DNA of 64,000 bases, taken from positions 8,307 to 72,306 of the forward strand of contig PLNR01000009.1 of the NCBI GenBank assembly GCA_003141835.1, in the 5' to 3' direction. This stretch comes from Candidatus Omnitrophota bacterium (lineage in GTDB: Bacteria; Omnitrophota; Gorgyraeia; Pluralincolimonadales; Pluralincolimonadaceae). The position numbers and the translations under genes were made by a program. A model generated the notes under the pieces. The model saw only the letters and a list, made by a program, of their open reading frames with translations, had not been told where the DNA came from and searched no databases. Shown here piece by piece: positions 1 through 9,089 of this stretch (position 1 is its first letter; every line of letters starts with the position of its first letter).

Positions 1-170
1 TTTGTGTAGTCGGTGAGGCTTATCTCTTCGGACTGCGGCTGCTGCAGGTTCATCGGCTCGCGGAAGACGTACATTATCACCAAACCGAAAAGCAAGAAAA
101 CTACCAGGCGCTGTATTACGAAAGAGGCCTGTTTTTTGTCATTTTTCTTCTTTTTCTGTCCGTTTGCCAT
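1..170 (-). CDS. ftsH: ATP-dependent zinc metalloprotease FtsH, N-terminal fragment (runs off window start)
   Basis: The minus-strand ATG at 168-170 translates to MANGQKKKKNDKKQASFVIQRLVVFLLFGLVIMYVFREPMNLQQPQSEEISLTDYT. This gives a basic N-terminus, one TM helix and an xEISYxxF-like periplasmic start typical of FtsH. It lies directly downstream of tilS, the classic tilS-(hpt)-ftsH arrangement. It is absent from the ORF track because it is under 60 aa. Confidence 0.55.
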   Translation of the reverse strand, partial: MANGQKKKKNDKKQASFVIQRLVVFLLFGLVIMYVFREPMNLQQPQSEEISLTDYT

Positions 171-229
171 TGGGTTTTTCCTTTAGAGGTTTTGATTATA
201 ACAGAAAGCCGGCGCAAAAGGCAAGAAAA

Positions 230-1618
230 TTAGGCCGTCTTGTATGAGACTTTGAGGATGCGTTCCGTGCAACGGCCGATCTTTACCGAGTCGGAAAGGC
301 GCAGGCCGCAGACCCAGATTATATCCCTGCCGGAGACGAGCAAAGGCACCTTCTCCCTTTTGCCGCGGGGGATCTTCAGGTCGATAAAGAGGTCCTGCAA
401 TTTCTTCTCTTTCGCCATCCCGAGCGGCCTGAACCTGTCGCCCTTCTCCCATGTCCTTACATAGAGCGGGCCCTTTAACTTCGCAAAATCGATATATTCG
501 GCGGCTTTCGACCCGCCGAATTTAACGTCCGATCCGGTGAACTTCGCGTCAAATGTCAATTTCAGCCCTGGGATGAACGTCGATCCCGGGACTGATATCC
601 GTTTCCGCACCTTAGGGGAAACCGCCTCGGCTTTCACCTTTCCGAACAACAGGGAATCTCCCGTCTTTACGACCCTCGTCTTCCCGGGAAGGTCCATGGC
701 GCCTTTTCCCGTTTTTATGAGGCCCTCTATATCCTCGATGTGGGAATAATCTATGTTACGCAGGTCCCCTTTCGATATCTCTATGGCCTTCCGCAGTATG
801 CCGCGGCGTATGCCTGCCTGTTTGGTTTTCAATCGCCGCAGGTCCACGGCCACGGACCCGCCCTTGGCCCTGAGGCATCCCTTGCATGACCTGTCTACTG
901 CGTCGGAGAGTGCCTCGTAGTCATAGCTGAAATTCTGCGCGCTCCTGGCGAGGACCTCTTTGATGTTCGGGTTATATTCTTTTAGAATGGCGATCAGTTC
1001 GTGCCTGATCCTGTTCCGCAGGAATTTACGCATAGAGTTGGTGGCATCCAGGCGCGGTTTTACGTCCATCCCCTCCAGGTATTCCTCGACATCTTTCCTC
1101 CAAGCCTCTATAAGCGGCCTCACTATTAACGCGCCGCCAAGCGGGCGCTTCGGCGGTATGCCGCGCAGGCCTCCCAAACCCGAGCCACGGATGAGCCTCA
1201 TCAGGACCGTCTCGGCCTGGTCGTCCATAGTATGGCCGAGCGCGATCTTTTTCGCACCGGCATCCCTGGCTGACTCGAGCAGAAATTCATATCTTTTTTC
1301 ACGCGCCGCTTCCTCAAGGGAAAACCCGCTCTCTTCGGCGTAAGCCGGGACATCGATCCGCTTAAAAATGAACGGGATACCGAGTCTTTTGGAAAGAGAC
1401 GATACGTATTCGCGGTCCCTCTTCGTCTCACCGGCCGCGCGAAACATGTGGTCGAGATGGGCTACGCGGAGCTTTAGGCAGTACTCGCGCTTCAAGCTGT
1501 CGAGCGCGAGCAGGAGCGCGGTAGAGTCCGGGCCTCCGGAGACGGCGACTATCACGTTGTCGCCTTTCCCTATTAACCCGAACTTTTTTATTGTCTTTAT
1601 TACCGTATCGATAAGCAT
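230..1618 (-). CDS. tilS: tRNA(Ile)-lysidine synthetase TilS
   Basis: PP-loop SGGPDS motif in ...NVIVAVSGGPDSTALL.... Length and C-terminal substrate-binding region match TilS. The track start at 1645 is a TTG. I prefer the ATG at 1616-1618 (MLIDTVIKT...), which sits 4 nt after the upstream gene's stop. Confidence 0.85.
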   Translation of the reverse strand: MLIDTVIKTIKKFGLIGKGDNVIVAVSGGPDSTALLLALDSLKREYCLKLRVAHLDHMFRAAGETKRDREYVSSLSKRLGIPFIFKRIDVPAYAEESGFSLEEAAREKRYEFLLESARDAGAKKIALGHTMDDQAETVLMRLIRGSGLGGLRGIPPKRPLGGALIVRPLIEAWRKDVEEYLEGMDVKPRLDATNSMRKFLRNRIRHELIAILKEYNPNIKEVLARSAQNFSYDYEALSDAVDRSCKGCLRAKGGSVAVDLRRLKTKQAGIRRGILRKAIEISKGDLRNIDYSHIEDIEGLIKTGKGAMDLPGKTRVVKTGDSLLFGKVKAEAVSPKVRKRISVPGSTFIPGLKLTFDAKFTGSDVKFGGSKAAEYIDFAKLKGPLYVRTWEKGDRFRPLGMAKEKKLQDLFIDLKIPRGKREKVPLLVSGRDIIWVCGLRLSDSVKIGRCTERILKVSYKTA

Positions 1619-1622
1619 ACTA

Positions 1623-2222
1623 TTATTCGTAGAATACGCCGCCAAAATAGAAGATCACGGTCCCTTTATTTACCTTGCTGTCCGCCGTCCAGCAGAAACC
1701 CCCTGCGACGTTGGACATGTCCTTGTTTGAGAGGTCTATAGTATACTGCTTCCATTCGGAGGAAAGCTTGACGCCTTTCAGTTCTTTAATGAACGAATCC
1801 GGGACTTCCCCCTTTATGCCGCCGGCCGTAATATTTATGACTTCCTTGCCTGTTTCTCCCCTTGCCCAGAAAGTAAGTTTTTTGTGGCCGGTGAGATCGA
1901 GCCCTTTCTTGGCCCCCCAATTGTTCGCCGGATACTGCCAATAGACGCCGGCCCAGCCGTTCTTTGAGTCCTTGGAGATGTCATATGTCCATTTCATGCA
2001 TTGTTTGCCGCTCTTCGGCTTTACTGTGCAGTTGGCGTCGACTTTTATCGCTCCGACATCGCCCATCCACCCGCTCGGGGCAAAAGTGCCCTTCCCTTCG
2101 TCGTATACCGCGACCTTCTGGATGGGTTTGAGCGAGCCGCGCGGGGTATTCTTCAGGACCTGGGCATGGCCGTAAGACACCAACATCAATAACGCTAAGA
2201 CGCATACAAAGACCTTTTTCAC
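1623..2222 (-). CDS. Secreted stand-alone carbohydrate-binding-module-like protein (CBM11/CBM4_9-like beta-sandwich)
   Basis: The track ORF starts at a TTG at 2252 that would run through a terminator hairpin. A GTG at 2220-2222 is preceded by a perfect AAGGAGG 8 nt upstream and yields MKKVFVCVLALLMLVSYGHA|Q, a clean signal peptide. The body (GWAGVYWQYPANNWG..., FWARGE...) resembles the two C-terminal modules of the 1325-aa protein at 16821-20798. Confidence 0.6.
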   Translation of the reverse strand: MKKVFVCVLALLMLVSYGHAQVLKNTPRGSLKPIQKVAVYDEGKGTFAPSGWMGDVGAIKVDANCTVKPKSGKQCMKWTYDISKDSKNGWAGVYWQYPANNWGAKKGLDLTGHKKLTFWARGETGKEVINITAGGIKGEVPDSFIKELKGVKLSSEWKQYTIDLSNKDMSNVAGGFCWTADSKVNKGTVIFYFGGVFYE

Positions 2223-2240
2223 CAGTTTTCCCTCCTTAGT

Positions 2241-2274
2241 AACAAAAAGCAACCCTTAATTTTACCGGGTTGCT
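2241..2274 (-). terminator. Rho-independent terminator downstream of the tRNA gene
   Basis: Minus-strand RNA reads AGCAACCC-GGUAAAAUUAA-GGGUUGCU, a perfect 8-bp stem, followed by UUUUUGUU. Confidence 0.6.
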
Positions 2275-2280
2275 CTTGAA

Positions 2281-2357
2281 TGGTGGCGGCGATCCGGATC
2301 GAACGGATGACATAGCGGGTATGAGCCGCTCGCTCTAACCATCTGAGCTACGCCGCC
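2281..2357 (-). tRNA. tRNA with CAU anticodon (elongator tRNA-Met, or tRNA-Ile2 that TilS converts to lysidine-CAU); CCA encoded
   Basis: The reverse complement folds as a cloverleaf: acceptor GGCGGCG/CGCCGCC, D arm GCUC-AGAUGGUUA-GAGC, anticodon arm AGCGG-CUCAUAC-CCGCU (anticodon CAU), variable loop AUGUC, T arm AUCCG-UUCGAUC-CGGAU, then ACCA. It is not an initiator: 1:72 is a G-C pair and the anticodon stem lacks the 3x G-C signature. Confidence 0.85.
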
Positions 2358-2398
2358 ATAATCTTTAAGTTTAGGTTTCATATGTTATCACAAAACCG

Positions 2399-3103
2399 TC
2401 AAAAAGCAATAGTTTCCTGAGCCGGTACACCCGCCCCGGCCGGAAGCAAGTCGCAGACATAATAACGGTTATCCCTGAGGGTTACTTCGCCTTTTACGAA
2501 CGGTATCTTGTAACGGAACATCGGGCCCGCGTAAACGAACGAATGGAATTCACCCTTCTCGCCGCAGGGGTCGACGCCTGAAGGCAGATCTGCAAGAAAG
2601 GAATCGTCGAACTCCCTGCCTACGAATTCCTTGGCGAGCAATGTGGAATCCACGCAGGTGACGATAGCCTTAAAACCAAGGTCTATAAATCTGCGGGCTA
2701 ATTGGCTGCTATTACGCTTCCAAATGGGGTATACCCCTTTCATGCCTATGCGCGCCAGGTTATCATCCCTGTATTTTTTAACATCTTCAAGCCATATATC
2801 TCCCGCTGCGCTCAGGAGGGTGCCTTTCGCAAGATATCTCTCGAGAATCTCGCGAACCTTCGACTCGTATTCCCCGTTGGGGGCGTTTTTCGATATGAGC
2901 GCTTTTTCGAGCCTGATGCCGAGTGCCGCGGCCTGTAGCTCAAGGAGAACGGTCCTTACGCCGTGCATGCTTATCCTGTCGTAATCCTTTGTGATGGTCG
3001 TAAGCAACGCCGCAACATCATAATCGCCGGCCTGCTTCAGATCATAAAGCGCGAGCGCACTATCCTTGCCGCCGCTCCAAGAGAATATAACTTTTTCTTT
3101 CAT
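2399..3103 (-). CDS. PP-loop ATPase of the MJ0570/Dph6 (diphthine-ammonia ligase-like, COG2102) family
   Basis: N-terminal SGGKDS PP-loop (VIFSWSGGKDSALAL). The ~230 aa size and C-terminal region match the MJ0570 family. The bacterial function is unknown. Confidence 0.65.
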   Translation of the reverse strand: MKEKVIFSWSGGKDSALALYDLKQAGDYDVAALLTTITKDYDRISMHGVRTVLLELQAAALGIRLEKALISKNAPNGEYESKVREILERYLAKGTLLSAAGDIWLEDVKKYRDDNLARIGMKGVYPIWKRNSSQLARRFIDLGFKAIVTCVDSTLLAKEFVGREFDDSFLADLPSGVDPCGEKGEFHSFVYAGPMFRYKIPFVKGEVTLRDNRYYVCDLLPAGAGVPAQETIAF

Positions 3104-3906
3104 TTAACCCTTCTACTTAAGACCTCGTTCATGCTGCCGCTGCGGTAACCATGCAGATCTATGGTGACATATTTAAAACCCAGTTTTTGTAGGCGTTTTG
3201 CCGCGCCTGAAGCCGCTCCGCCCTTGAAGAATTTCCTGATCTCGCGCCGGGCTACTTCTATCCTCGCGATATCGCCGTGGCAACGGACCCGCACCTGGCT
3301 GAAACCGTATTTATCCCGCAGGACATCTTCCGCTTTTCCTATCATCCCCAATTTCCGCCTGGTTATAGTATCATGATAAGGTATGCGCGATGCCAGGCAG
3401 GCGTAAGAAGGCTTATTCCATGTCGGCAATCCCAGCCTCCTCGATAACTTGCGTATTTTATCCTTTGTCAGGCGCGCCTCTTTTAACGGGCTGGCTACGC
3501 CGCCCTCTTTCGCGGCGCGGCTGCCCGGCCGGAAATCTTTCCTGTCGTCATAATTTGAGGCGTCGGCAATATACTTGTAGCCCTCACGCCGCGCTATCTC
3601 CCTTATCCGGCCGAATAGCTCTTTTTTGCAATAGTAGCATCTCTGCGGGGGGTTCTTCCTGAACCTGGGATCGTTGAACTCGCCGGTCCTTATCACCATC
3701 TGCCTGACGCCTATTTTTTTCGCGAGCCTCCTGGAATCCTTAAGCTCCGAAGACGGGTAGGTCTCCGACGCAGCGGTGACTGCCAGAACGTTGCCGCTGC
3801 CGAGCGCCTCTTTCGCGGCTTTAAGCAGGAACGTCGAATCCACACCGCCGGAGAAAGCGATCACCACCTTGCCCATCTTCTTTAAAATCTTCTTTAATCT
3901 ATCCAT
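3100..3906 (-). CDS. PP-loop ATP-utilizing enzyme of the TIGR00268/LarE family (ATP-dependent sulfur-transferase-like)
   Basis: SGGVDS PP-loop. Family motifs [34 protein letters not shown] and [14 protein letters not shown] are present. Confidence 0.7.
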   Translation of the reverse strand: MDRLKKILKKMGKVVIAFSGGVDSTFLLKAAKEALGSGNVLAVTAASETYPSSELKDSRRLAKKIGVRQMVIRTGEFNDPRFRKNPPQRCYYCKKELFGRIREIARREGYKYIADASNYDDRKDFRPGSRAAKEGGVASPLKEARLTKDKIRKLSRRLGLPTWNKPSYACLASRIPYHDTITRRKLGMIGKAEDVLRDKYGFSQVRVRCHGDIARIEVARREIRKFFKGGAASGAAKRLQKLGFKYVTIDLHGYRSGSMNEVLSRRVK

Positions 3907-4952
3907 CCGCCGCCCAATATCTTCTCGCCTTCATAAAATACGAACGCCTGGCCCGGGGTTATTGCGTACTGCGGCTCATCGAATAAAGCTTTCACCTTAT
4001 TCCCGGATACAGGCATAACCTCGCAGCCTGCTTTCGGATGGTTATACCTTATCTTCACCTCAGCGCGGATGGCAGAATCCAGCCCTCGGACAGCCATCCA
4101 CGATACGCCGCTCGCCGTCAATTCCCTGCCCTTCGCCTCAGCGGCATCGCCTAACACGATCTCGTTCTTTTCAGCGTCTATCTTCACGACATAGACCGGC
4201 TTGCCTGCCGCGATTCCCAGGCCCTCCCTCTGCCCTACGGTGTAGAACGCTATGCCTTTATGCTCTCCCAAAACCTTGCCTTCTGTATCTGTTATCCTGC
4301 CCGGCCTCGCCGCTTTTATCCTGTCCTTTATAAAATCGCGATAGTCACCTTTTATCACAAAACAGATATCCTGGCTCTCGGGTTTATCATGGATTTTGAG
4401 GCCGTTTGACCTGGCTATCTCCCTGACCTCCTTCTTTGATAAACCGCCAAGCGGGAAGAGCGTATGCTCAAGCTGTTCCTGGGTTAGGTCGAAGAGGAAA
4501 TACGACTGGTCCTTCGTCTTATCAGCGGCCTCGCTCACGAAATACCTGCCGCCGCTTCCGAGCCTGGCGTAATGGCCGGTCGCGACATAGTCCGCGCCGA
4601 GGACCTTCGCCCTCTCCAGTACCTTGCCGAATTTCATTCTGCTGTTGCAGACGACGCAGGGATTAGGCGTCCGCCCCTTTCCATACTCGGAGCAGAAATA
4701 TTTGATGACGGAATCGTTGAATTCCTTCTCGAGGTTCATGACGTAATGCGGAATATCGAGCCGCGAGGCGACCTTCCTCGCGTCCTCTATCGCATCGAGG
4801 GAACAGCAGCTCTTCTCGCCGTGCTTTCCGCAGAGGTCCTTCGACCAGAGCTGCATAGTGATCCCGATGACCTCGTATCCCTCTTCTTTCAATAAAAAAG
4901 CGGCGACGGATGAATCTACGCCGCCGCTCATAGCGACAACGGCTTTCTTCAC
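3894..4952 (-). CDS. mnmA: tRNA-specific 2-thiouridylase MnmA
   Basis: [12 protein letters not shown]-loop, catalytic cysteines ([12 protein letters not shown], ...DICF) and ~350 aa length typical of MnmA. Confidence 0.9.
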   Translation of the reverse strand: MKKAVVAMSGGVDSSVAAFLLKEEGYEVIGITMQLWSKDLCGKHGEKSCCSLDAIEDARKVASRLDIPHYVMNLEKEFNDSVIKYFCSEYGKGRTPNPCVVCNSRMKFGKVLERAKVLGADYVATGHYARLGSGGRYFVSEAADKTKDQSYFLFDLTQEQLEHTLFPLGGLSKKEVREIARSNGLKIHDKPESQDICFVIKGDYRDFIKDRIKAARPGRITDTEGKVLGEHKGIAFYTVGQREGLGIAAGKPVYVVKIDAEKNEIVLGDAAEAKGRELTASGVSWMAVRGLDSAIRAEVKIRYNHPKAGCEVMPVSGNKVKALFDEPQYAITPGQAFVFYEGEKILGGGWID

Positions 4953-6025
4953 TTATTTTTCCGTTCCTTCTTATACATTGCCAGCAATATCACCGCCAGG
5001 ACCACCGCCGCGGCGCCGATGCCTGCCGGGTTGAGTTTACGCGACTTCGCCCGGAGCGTGAATTCCTTAAGGATAAAATCATCGTTCTTGAATTCCCATT
5101 TCGCGGAATTCGAAACTATCTTCCCTGCTTCTGCCTCGAAGACTCGTCCCGGCATGACGACCGACACATCGAACGAATAGCCCATAAACACCGGCAAGCC
5201 GTATACGCCGAAAGCGTCATCGTAATTGGCGCCGTTCATCGCGGTGCTGTAATCCGAAAGCTGTTTGTCGATGCTCGCGTGCACCGCCATAAGTTTCTCC
5301 CAAACGGCTTCCTTGCCGGCCGCTTTATCCGCGGATATTATGTAGTCGGCGAATATCGCGGAGAATTCCTCGGCGGAGCATTTCTTCTCGAACCCTTCCA
5401 TCTTCGCCTTGAATTGCGTATTCTTCTCATTGAACGCCTGCCGGCCGGCCCTGGTCAACTCGGCCGCTATATAGTCGAAATACGGGCGATATACGGCCTC
5501 CAGCAGCTCCCTGGCTTTCTCCTTTTTTACCGCCTTCGGAAAAGCCCGCGCCACTTCGGTGGAAGCCGTATCCATGGCGTGCCCGTACCAGCTATCGCAT
5601 AATTTCTTGATCCTCCCGCTGTCGGTGCAGTCCTTATACGTCTCCTCGTATTCGTAAGTCGTAAATAATATGCCCTTGTTGATCTTGAGGGAGAATTTGT
5701 TGGACGAGACATCGCCGGGTTTCGTCCCTGACCTAAAATAGTCAGGGACCAGTTTATTCAGGTCGGTAAATACCTGCTTCGCCTCGTAAATATGTTGGGG
5801 AGGGGAATCCTTTACGTACTGGTTAAGCCTCCACTCGCCGCCCGGAGGCAGGACGTAATTCTTAAGGACTTCCTCTTTCTCAGTCGCGCCGTCGGCGGTG
5901 TAGGTAGTAATGCGGAAACCTGAGCCGTCGTCGTTTATCTTAGTCGTCGCAGCCATATTTATGAAACAACCGCTGGCTGAAAGGACGACAAACGGCAAGA
6001 ACGCTAAGAAGAGAAACTTCTTCAC
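4949..6025 (-). CDS. Hypothetical lipoprotein with an additional C-terminal TM anchor
   Basis: Signal peptide [20 protein letters not shown] with a lipobox-like SASGC, and a C-terminal hydrophobic helix [18 protein letters not shown] followed by KKERKNK. No recognizable catalytic motif. Confidence 0.5.
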   Translation of the reverse strand: MKKFLFLAFLPFVVLSASGCFINMAATTKINDDGSGFRITTYTADGATEKEEVLKNYVLPPGGEWRLNQYVKDSPPQHIYEAKQVFTDLNKLVPDYFRSGTKPGDVSSNKFSLKINKGILFTTYEYEETYKDCTDSGRIKKLCDSWYGHAMDTASTEVARAFPKAVKKEKARELLEAVYRPYFDYIAAELTRAGRQAFNEKNTQFKAKMEGFEKKCSAEEFSAIFADYIISADKAAGKEAVWEKLMAVHASIDKQLSDYSTAMNGANYDDAFGVYGLPVFMGYSFDVSVVMPGRVFEAEAGKIVSNSAKWEFKNDDFILKEFTLRAKSRKLNPAGIGAAAVVLAVILLAMYKKERKNK

Positions 6026-6028
6026 TTG

Positions 6029-7423
6029 TTATCCTTTAAGATACCTGTCTATTGCCGCGGCGGCTTTTTTGCCCGCGCCCATAGCCGCGATGACCGTGCC
6101 CTCGCCGGTCGTTATATCCCCGCCGGCGAATATGCCCTTGATCGAGGTCATACAGTTCTCATCTATCTTAAGCTCGCCGGACCTTTCGTCGACCGCGAGC
6201 TCTTTTGTCGTATGCGCTATCAACGGGTTCGGCCCCTGGCCGACCGCAATAATGACCGTGTCTACCGGCATCTCGTATTCTGAGCCCTTGATCGGGACCG
6301 GACGCCTTCTGCCGCTCGCGTCCGGTTCACCGAGCTCCATCTTCAGGCAGGTCATGCTCTTTACTTCGCCTTTTTCATTTCCCTCTATTTTGATAGGGGC
6401 GGTCAGGAACCTGAATTCTATCCTTTCTTCTTTTGCGTGCTCGAGTTCTGCGCGCCTCGCCGGGGCCTCGGCCTCACTCCTCCTGTAGATGATCATCGCG
6501 TCCTTGGCGCCAAGGCGTTTGGCCACGCGCACGCAGTCCATGGCTGTGTTACCAGCGCCGACTACAGCGACGCGGCCGCCGATCTTTACCGGAGTTTTAT
6601 ACTTCGGGAACTCGTACGCGTGCATCAGGTTGACGCGCGTCAGGAACTCGTTCGCGGAATAGACGCCGTTCAAGTTCTCTCCCGGGATGCCCAGGAAATA
6701 CGGCAGCCCTGCGCCTGTCCCGAGGAATATCGCTTTGTATCCGTCCTTGAAAAGGTCGGCTATCGAGAATGTCCGCCCTATAAGGATATTATATTTTATG
6801 TCGACGCCGAGAGACCTGATATATTCCGTCTCGCGGTCGAGTATGACCTTGGGCAGCCTGAACTCCGGTATGCCGTACCTTAAAACGCCGCCGCTGGAGC
6901 TCAACGACTCGAAGAGCGTGACCTTGTAGCCGTACCTGGCAAGGTCTGCCGCCGCTGTCAGGCCGGCCGGACCCGCGCCGACCACCGCGACTTTAATATC
7001 TTTCGTTTCTTTCGCGGCAGGCACTTCCTTAAGTCCGGGATAGGCGGCTTCCCAGTCTGCAACGAACCTCTCGAGCGCGCCGACCGCTACCGGCTGTCCT
7101 TTAGCCGCCAGTGCGCAAAGCGATTCGCACTGAGTCTCTTGCGGGCATACGCGGCCGCAGATGGCGGGAAGGTTATTCTTCTCTTTTATCTTTTGTATGG
7201 CGCCTTTATAGTCTTTCTTGGCGACGAGTTTTATGAATTCGGGTATGTCTATCTCGACCGGGCATCCGTTGCAGCAGGGCTTCTTCTTGCACGCTATGCA
7301 GCGCTGCGCCTCGAGCACCGCCTGCTCTTCGGTGAAACCCAATGATACTTCCTTGAAATCCTTGTTCCTCTCGTCCGGATTGCGTGCCGGTATCTCTTGC
7401 CTGGGTGTCTTATTGGTAGCCAT
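6029..7423 (-). CDS. nfnB: NADPH-dependent oxidoreductase large subunit, GltD family (NfnB / SudA-like)
   Basis: N-terminal Cys cluster (CIACKKKPCCNGCP...CGRVCPQETQCESLC) and two Rossmann GxGxxG motifs (VAVVGAGPAGL, VAVVGAGNTAMD), as in glutamate synthase beta / NfnB. Confidence 0.7.
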   Translation of the reverse strand: MATNKTPRQEIPARNPDERNKDFKEVSLGFTEEQAVLEAQRCIACKKKPCCNGCPVEIDIPEFIKLVAKKDYKGAIQKIKEKNNLPAICGRVCPQETQCESLCALAAKGQPVAVGALERFVADWEAAYPGLKEVPAAKETKDIKVAVVGAGPAGLTAAADLARYGYKVTLFESLSSSGGVLRYGIPEFRLPKVILDRETEYIRSLGVDIKYNILIGRTFSIADLFKDGYKAIFLGTGAGLPYFLGIPGENLNGVYSANEFLTRVNLMHAYEFPKYKTPVKIGGRVAVVGAGNTAMDCVRVAKRLGAKDAMIIYRRSEAEAPARRAELEHAKEERIEFRFLTAPIKIEGNEKGEVKSMTCLKMELGEPDASGRRRPVPIKGSEYEMPVDTVIIAVGQGPNPLIAHTTKELAVDERSGELKIDENCMTSIKGIFAGGDITTGEGTVIAAMGAGKKAAAAIDRYLKG

Positions 7424-8232
7424 TATACCTCGAGTGCTCTCCTTTCTTCGTCCAAGAACCTCTTGTTCCTCGCCATGAGTTCGTCAAAATCCACTTTATA
7501 TCCGTCAAATTCCGGGCCGTCGACGCACGAGAACTTCGTCTTGCCCTCTATAGTGCAGCGGCAGCTCCCGCACATCCCTGTCGCGTCCAAAAGTATCGCG
7601 TTCAAACTCACTATCGCGGGGATATTATGCGGCTTCGCCGTCATTGTGACCGCTTTCATCATCGGTATCGGGCCGCAGCAGATGACGCGGTCGACCTTCT
7701 GTTCCGAGATGACCTTTTTAAGGGCGTCGGTCACGAAACCCTTGATGCCGTAACTGCCGTCGTCCGTGGTAATGAGCACCTCGTCAGCGATTGGCTTGAA
7801 TTCATCCTCGAGTATTATAAGGCTCTTGTTGCGGGCGCCGATTATGGTGATAACCTTATTGCCTTTTTCTTTCAGGGCCTTTGCCGCGGTATATAATTCA
7901 GCAGCGCCGACGCCTCCGCCGATTATCACGACCGTGCCGAATTTCTCTATCTCGGTAGGGTTGCCCAGCGGCCCCAGTATATCCCTTATCTGGTCCCCCG
8001 CCTTTAACGCGCAGAGGTCTTTCGTCGACCTGCCGAGCTGCTGTATGATGAGCGTCACGGTCCCGCGCGCCTTGTCAGCGTCGCATATCGTAAGCGGTAT
8101 CCTCTCGGCGAACTCATCGAGCCGAACGACGACGAACTGCCCGGGCTTCGACTCGCGCACGACCATCGGCGCCTCGACCTTCATTAAAGTTATCGTATCT
8201 GCCAGCTGCTTCTTCTCTACTATCTTGTGCAT
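7423..8232 (-). CDS. nfnA: Ferredoxin-NADP+ reductase-like small subunit (NfnA / SudB-like; FAD + [2Fe-2S])
   Basis: ~270 aa FNR-fold protein with C-terminal cysteines (GMCGSCRCTIEGKTKFSCVDGPEF). Paired and translationally coupled with the GltD-like subunit, the canonical NfnAB/SudAB arrangement. Confidence 0.65.
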   Translation of the reverse strand: MHKIVEKKQLADTITLMKVEAPMVVRESKPGQFVVVRLDEFAERIPLTICDADKARGTVTLIIQQLGRSTKDLCALKAGDQIRDILGPLGNPTEIEKFGTVVIIGGGVGAAELYTAAKALKEKGNKVITIIGARNKSLIILEDEFKPIADEVLITTDDGSYGIKGFVTDALKKVISEQKVDRVICCGPIPMMKAVTMTAKPHNIPAIVSLNAILLDATGMCGSCRCTIEGKTKFSCVDGPEFDGYKVDFDELMARNKRFLDEERRALEV

Positions 8233-9089
8233 GCTCTCCTCTTTGTTTTTATCTTTTTAAGCTCCGATCCGTTCATCGTAAAGCTGTGCTCTTCAGTGGG
8301 AAACTTACCGCTTTCTACCTCATCTTTATATCTCTTGAACGCATTCAGAAGCAACGGCCAAAGATCGGCGTATTTCTTCACGAACTTCGGCGTGAAGCGG
8401 TCGAATAATCCTATCATGTCGTTAGTGACGAGCGCCTGGCCGTCGCAATACGAGCCGGCGCCTATGCCTATCGTGGGTACCTGCAATTTTTCCGTTATCA
8501 ATTTCGCGAGTTTATCCGGGACGCACTCGAGGAGCACCGCGAAGCATCCGGCTTTCTCCAGTGCAAGCGCGGAATCGAGCAGCTTCTGCGCGCTCGCGGC
8601 ATCCTTGCCCTGGACTTTGAACCCGCCGAGCTGGGTCGCGGTCTGCGGCGTAAGGCCTATGTGCCCCAGGACCGGGATCCCTGCTTTGACCAATGCTTTT
8701 ACGACGCTGACCATCTCGGTGCCGCCCTCGATCTTTACGGCGCCGCAGCCGCCTTCCTTTATGAACCTGCCGGCGTTCCTTATGGTCTCTTTTTCGCCTA
8801 TGTTATATGTCATAAAAGGCATATCGCCTATTATAAGCCCGTACCTGACGCCGCGTTTTACGGCTTTGGCGTGGTGGACCATCTCGTCCATAGTTATGGG
8901 GACGGTCGATTCATAGCCCAGGACCGTCATCGCCAGCGAATCGCCTATAAGTATAATGTCCACGCCCGCCTCGTCGATCAACCGGCCCGAGGGATAATCA
9001 TAGGCGGTAAGGAGCGTTATCTTCCTGCCTTCCTTTTTCTTCTTCTGGATATCCGGTATAGTCAACTTCTTCCGCTCCATCGCCGTCAC
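8220..9089 (-). CDS. panB: 3-methyl-2-oxobutanoate hydroxymethyltransferase PanB
   Basis: LLTAYDYPSGRLIDEAGVDIILIGDSLAMTVLGYESTVPITMDEM... is a strong PanB signature. Confidence 0.85.
   Translation of the reverse strand: MTAMERKKLTIPDIQKKKKEGRKITLLTAYDYPSGRLIDEAGVDIILIGDSLAMTVLGYESTVPITMDEMVHHAKAVKRGVRYGLIIGDMPFMTYNIGEKETIRNAGRFIKEGGCGAVKIEGGTEMVSVVKALVKAGIPVLGHIGLTPQTATQLGGFKVQGKDAASAQKLLDSALALEKAGCFAVLLECVPDKLAKLITEKLQVPTIGIGAGSYCDGQALVTNDMIGLFDRFTPKFVKKYADLWPLLLNAFKRYKDEVESGKFPTEEHSFTMNGSELKKIKTKRRACTR

Noticed and set aside
183-464. Small ORFs (183-452 minus, 240-464 plus) overlapping the tilS 3' end
   Set aside because: They are overlapped by the well-supported tilS frame and have low-complexity translations.
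2223-2252. TTG start at 2252 given by the ORF track for the CBM-like protein
   Set aside because: That start would run through the 8-bp-stem terminator hairpin. A GTG at 2220-2222 with a perfect AAGGAGG and a canonical signal peptide is far more plausible.
2281-2357. Possibility that the CAU tRNA is an initiator tRNA-fMet
   Set aside because: The 1:72 pair is G-C rather than the mismatched pair of bacterial initiators, and the anticodon stem lacks the three consecutive G-C pairs (29-31/39-41). It is therefore elongator Met or Ile2.
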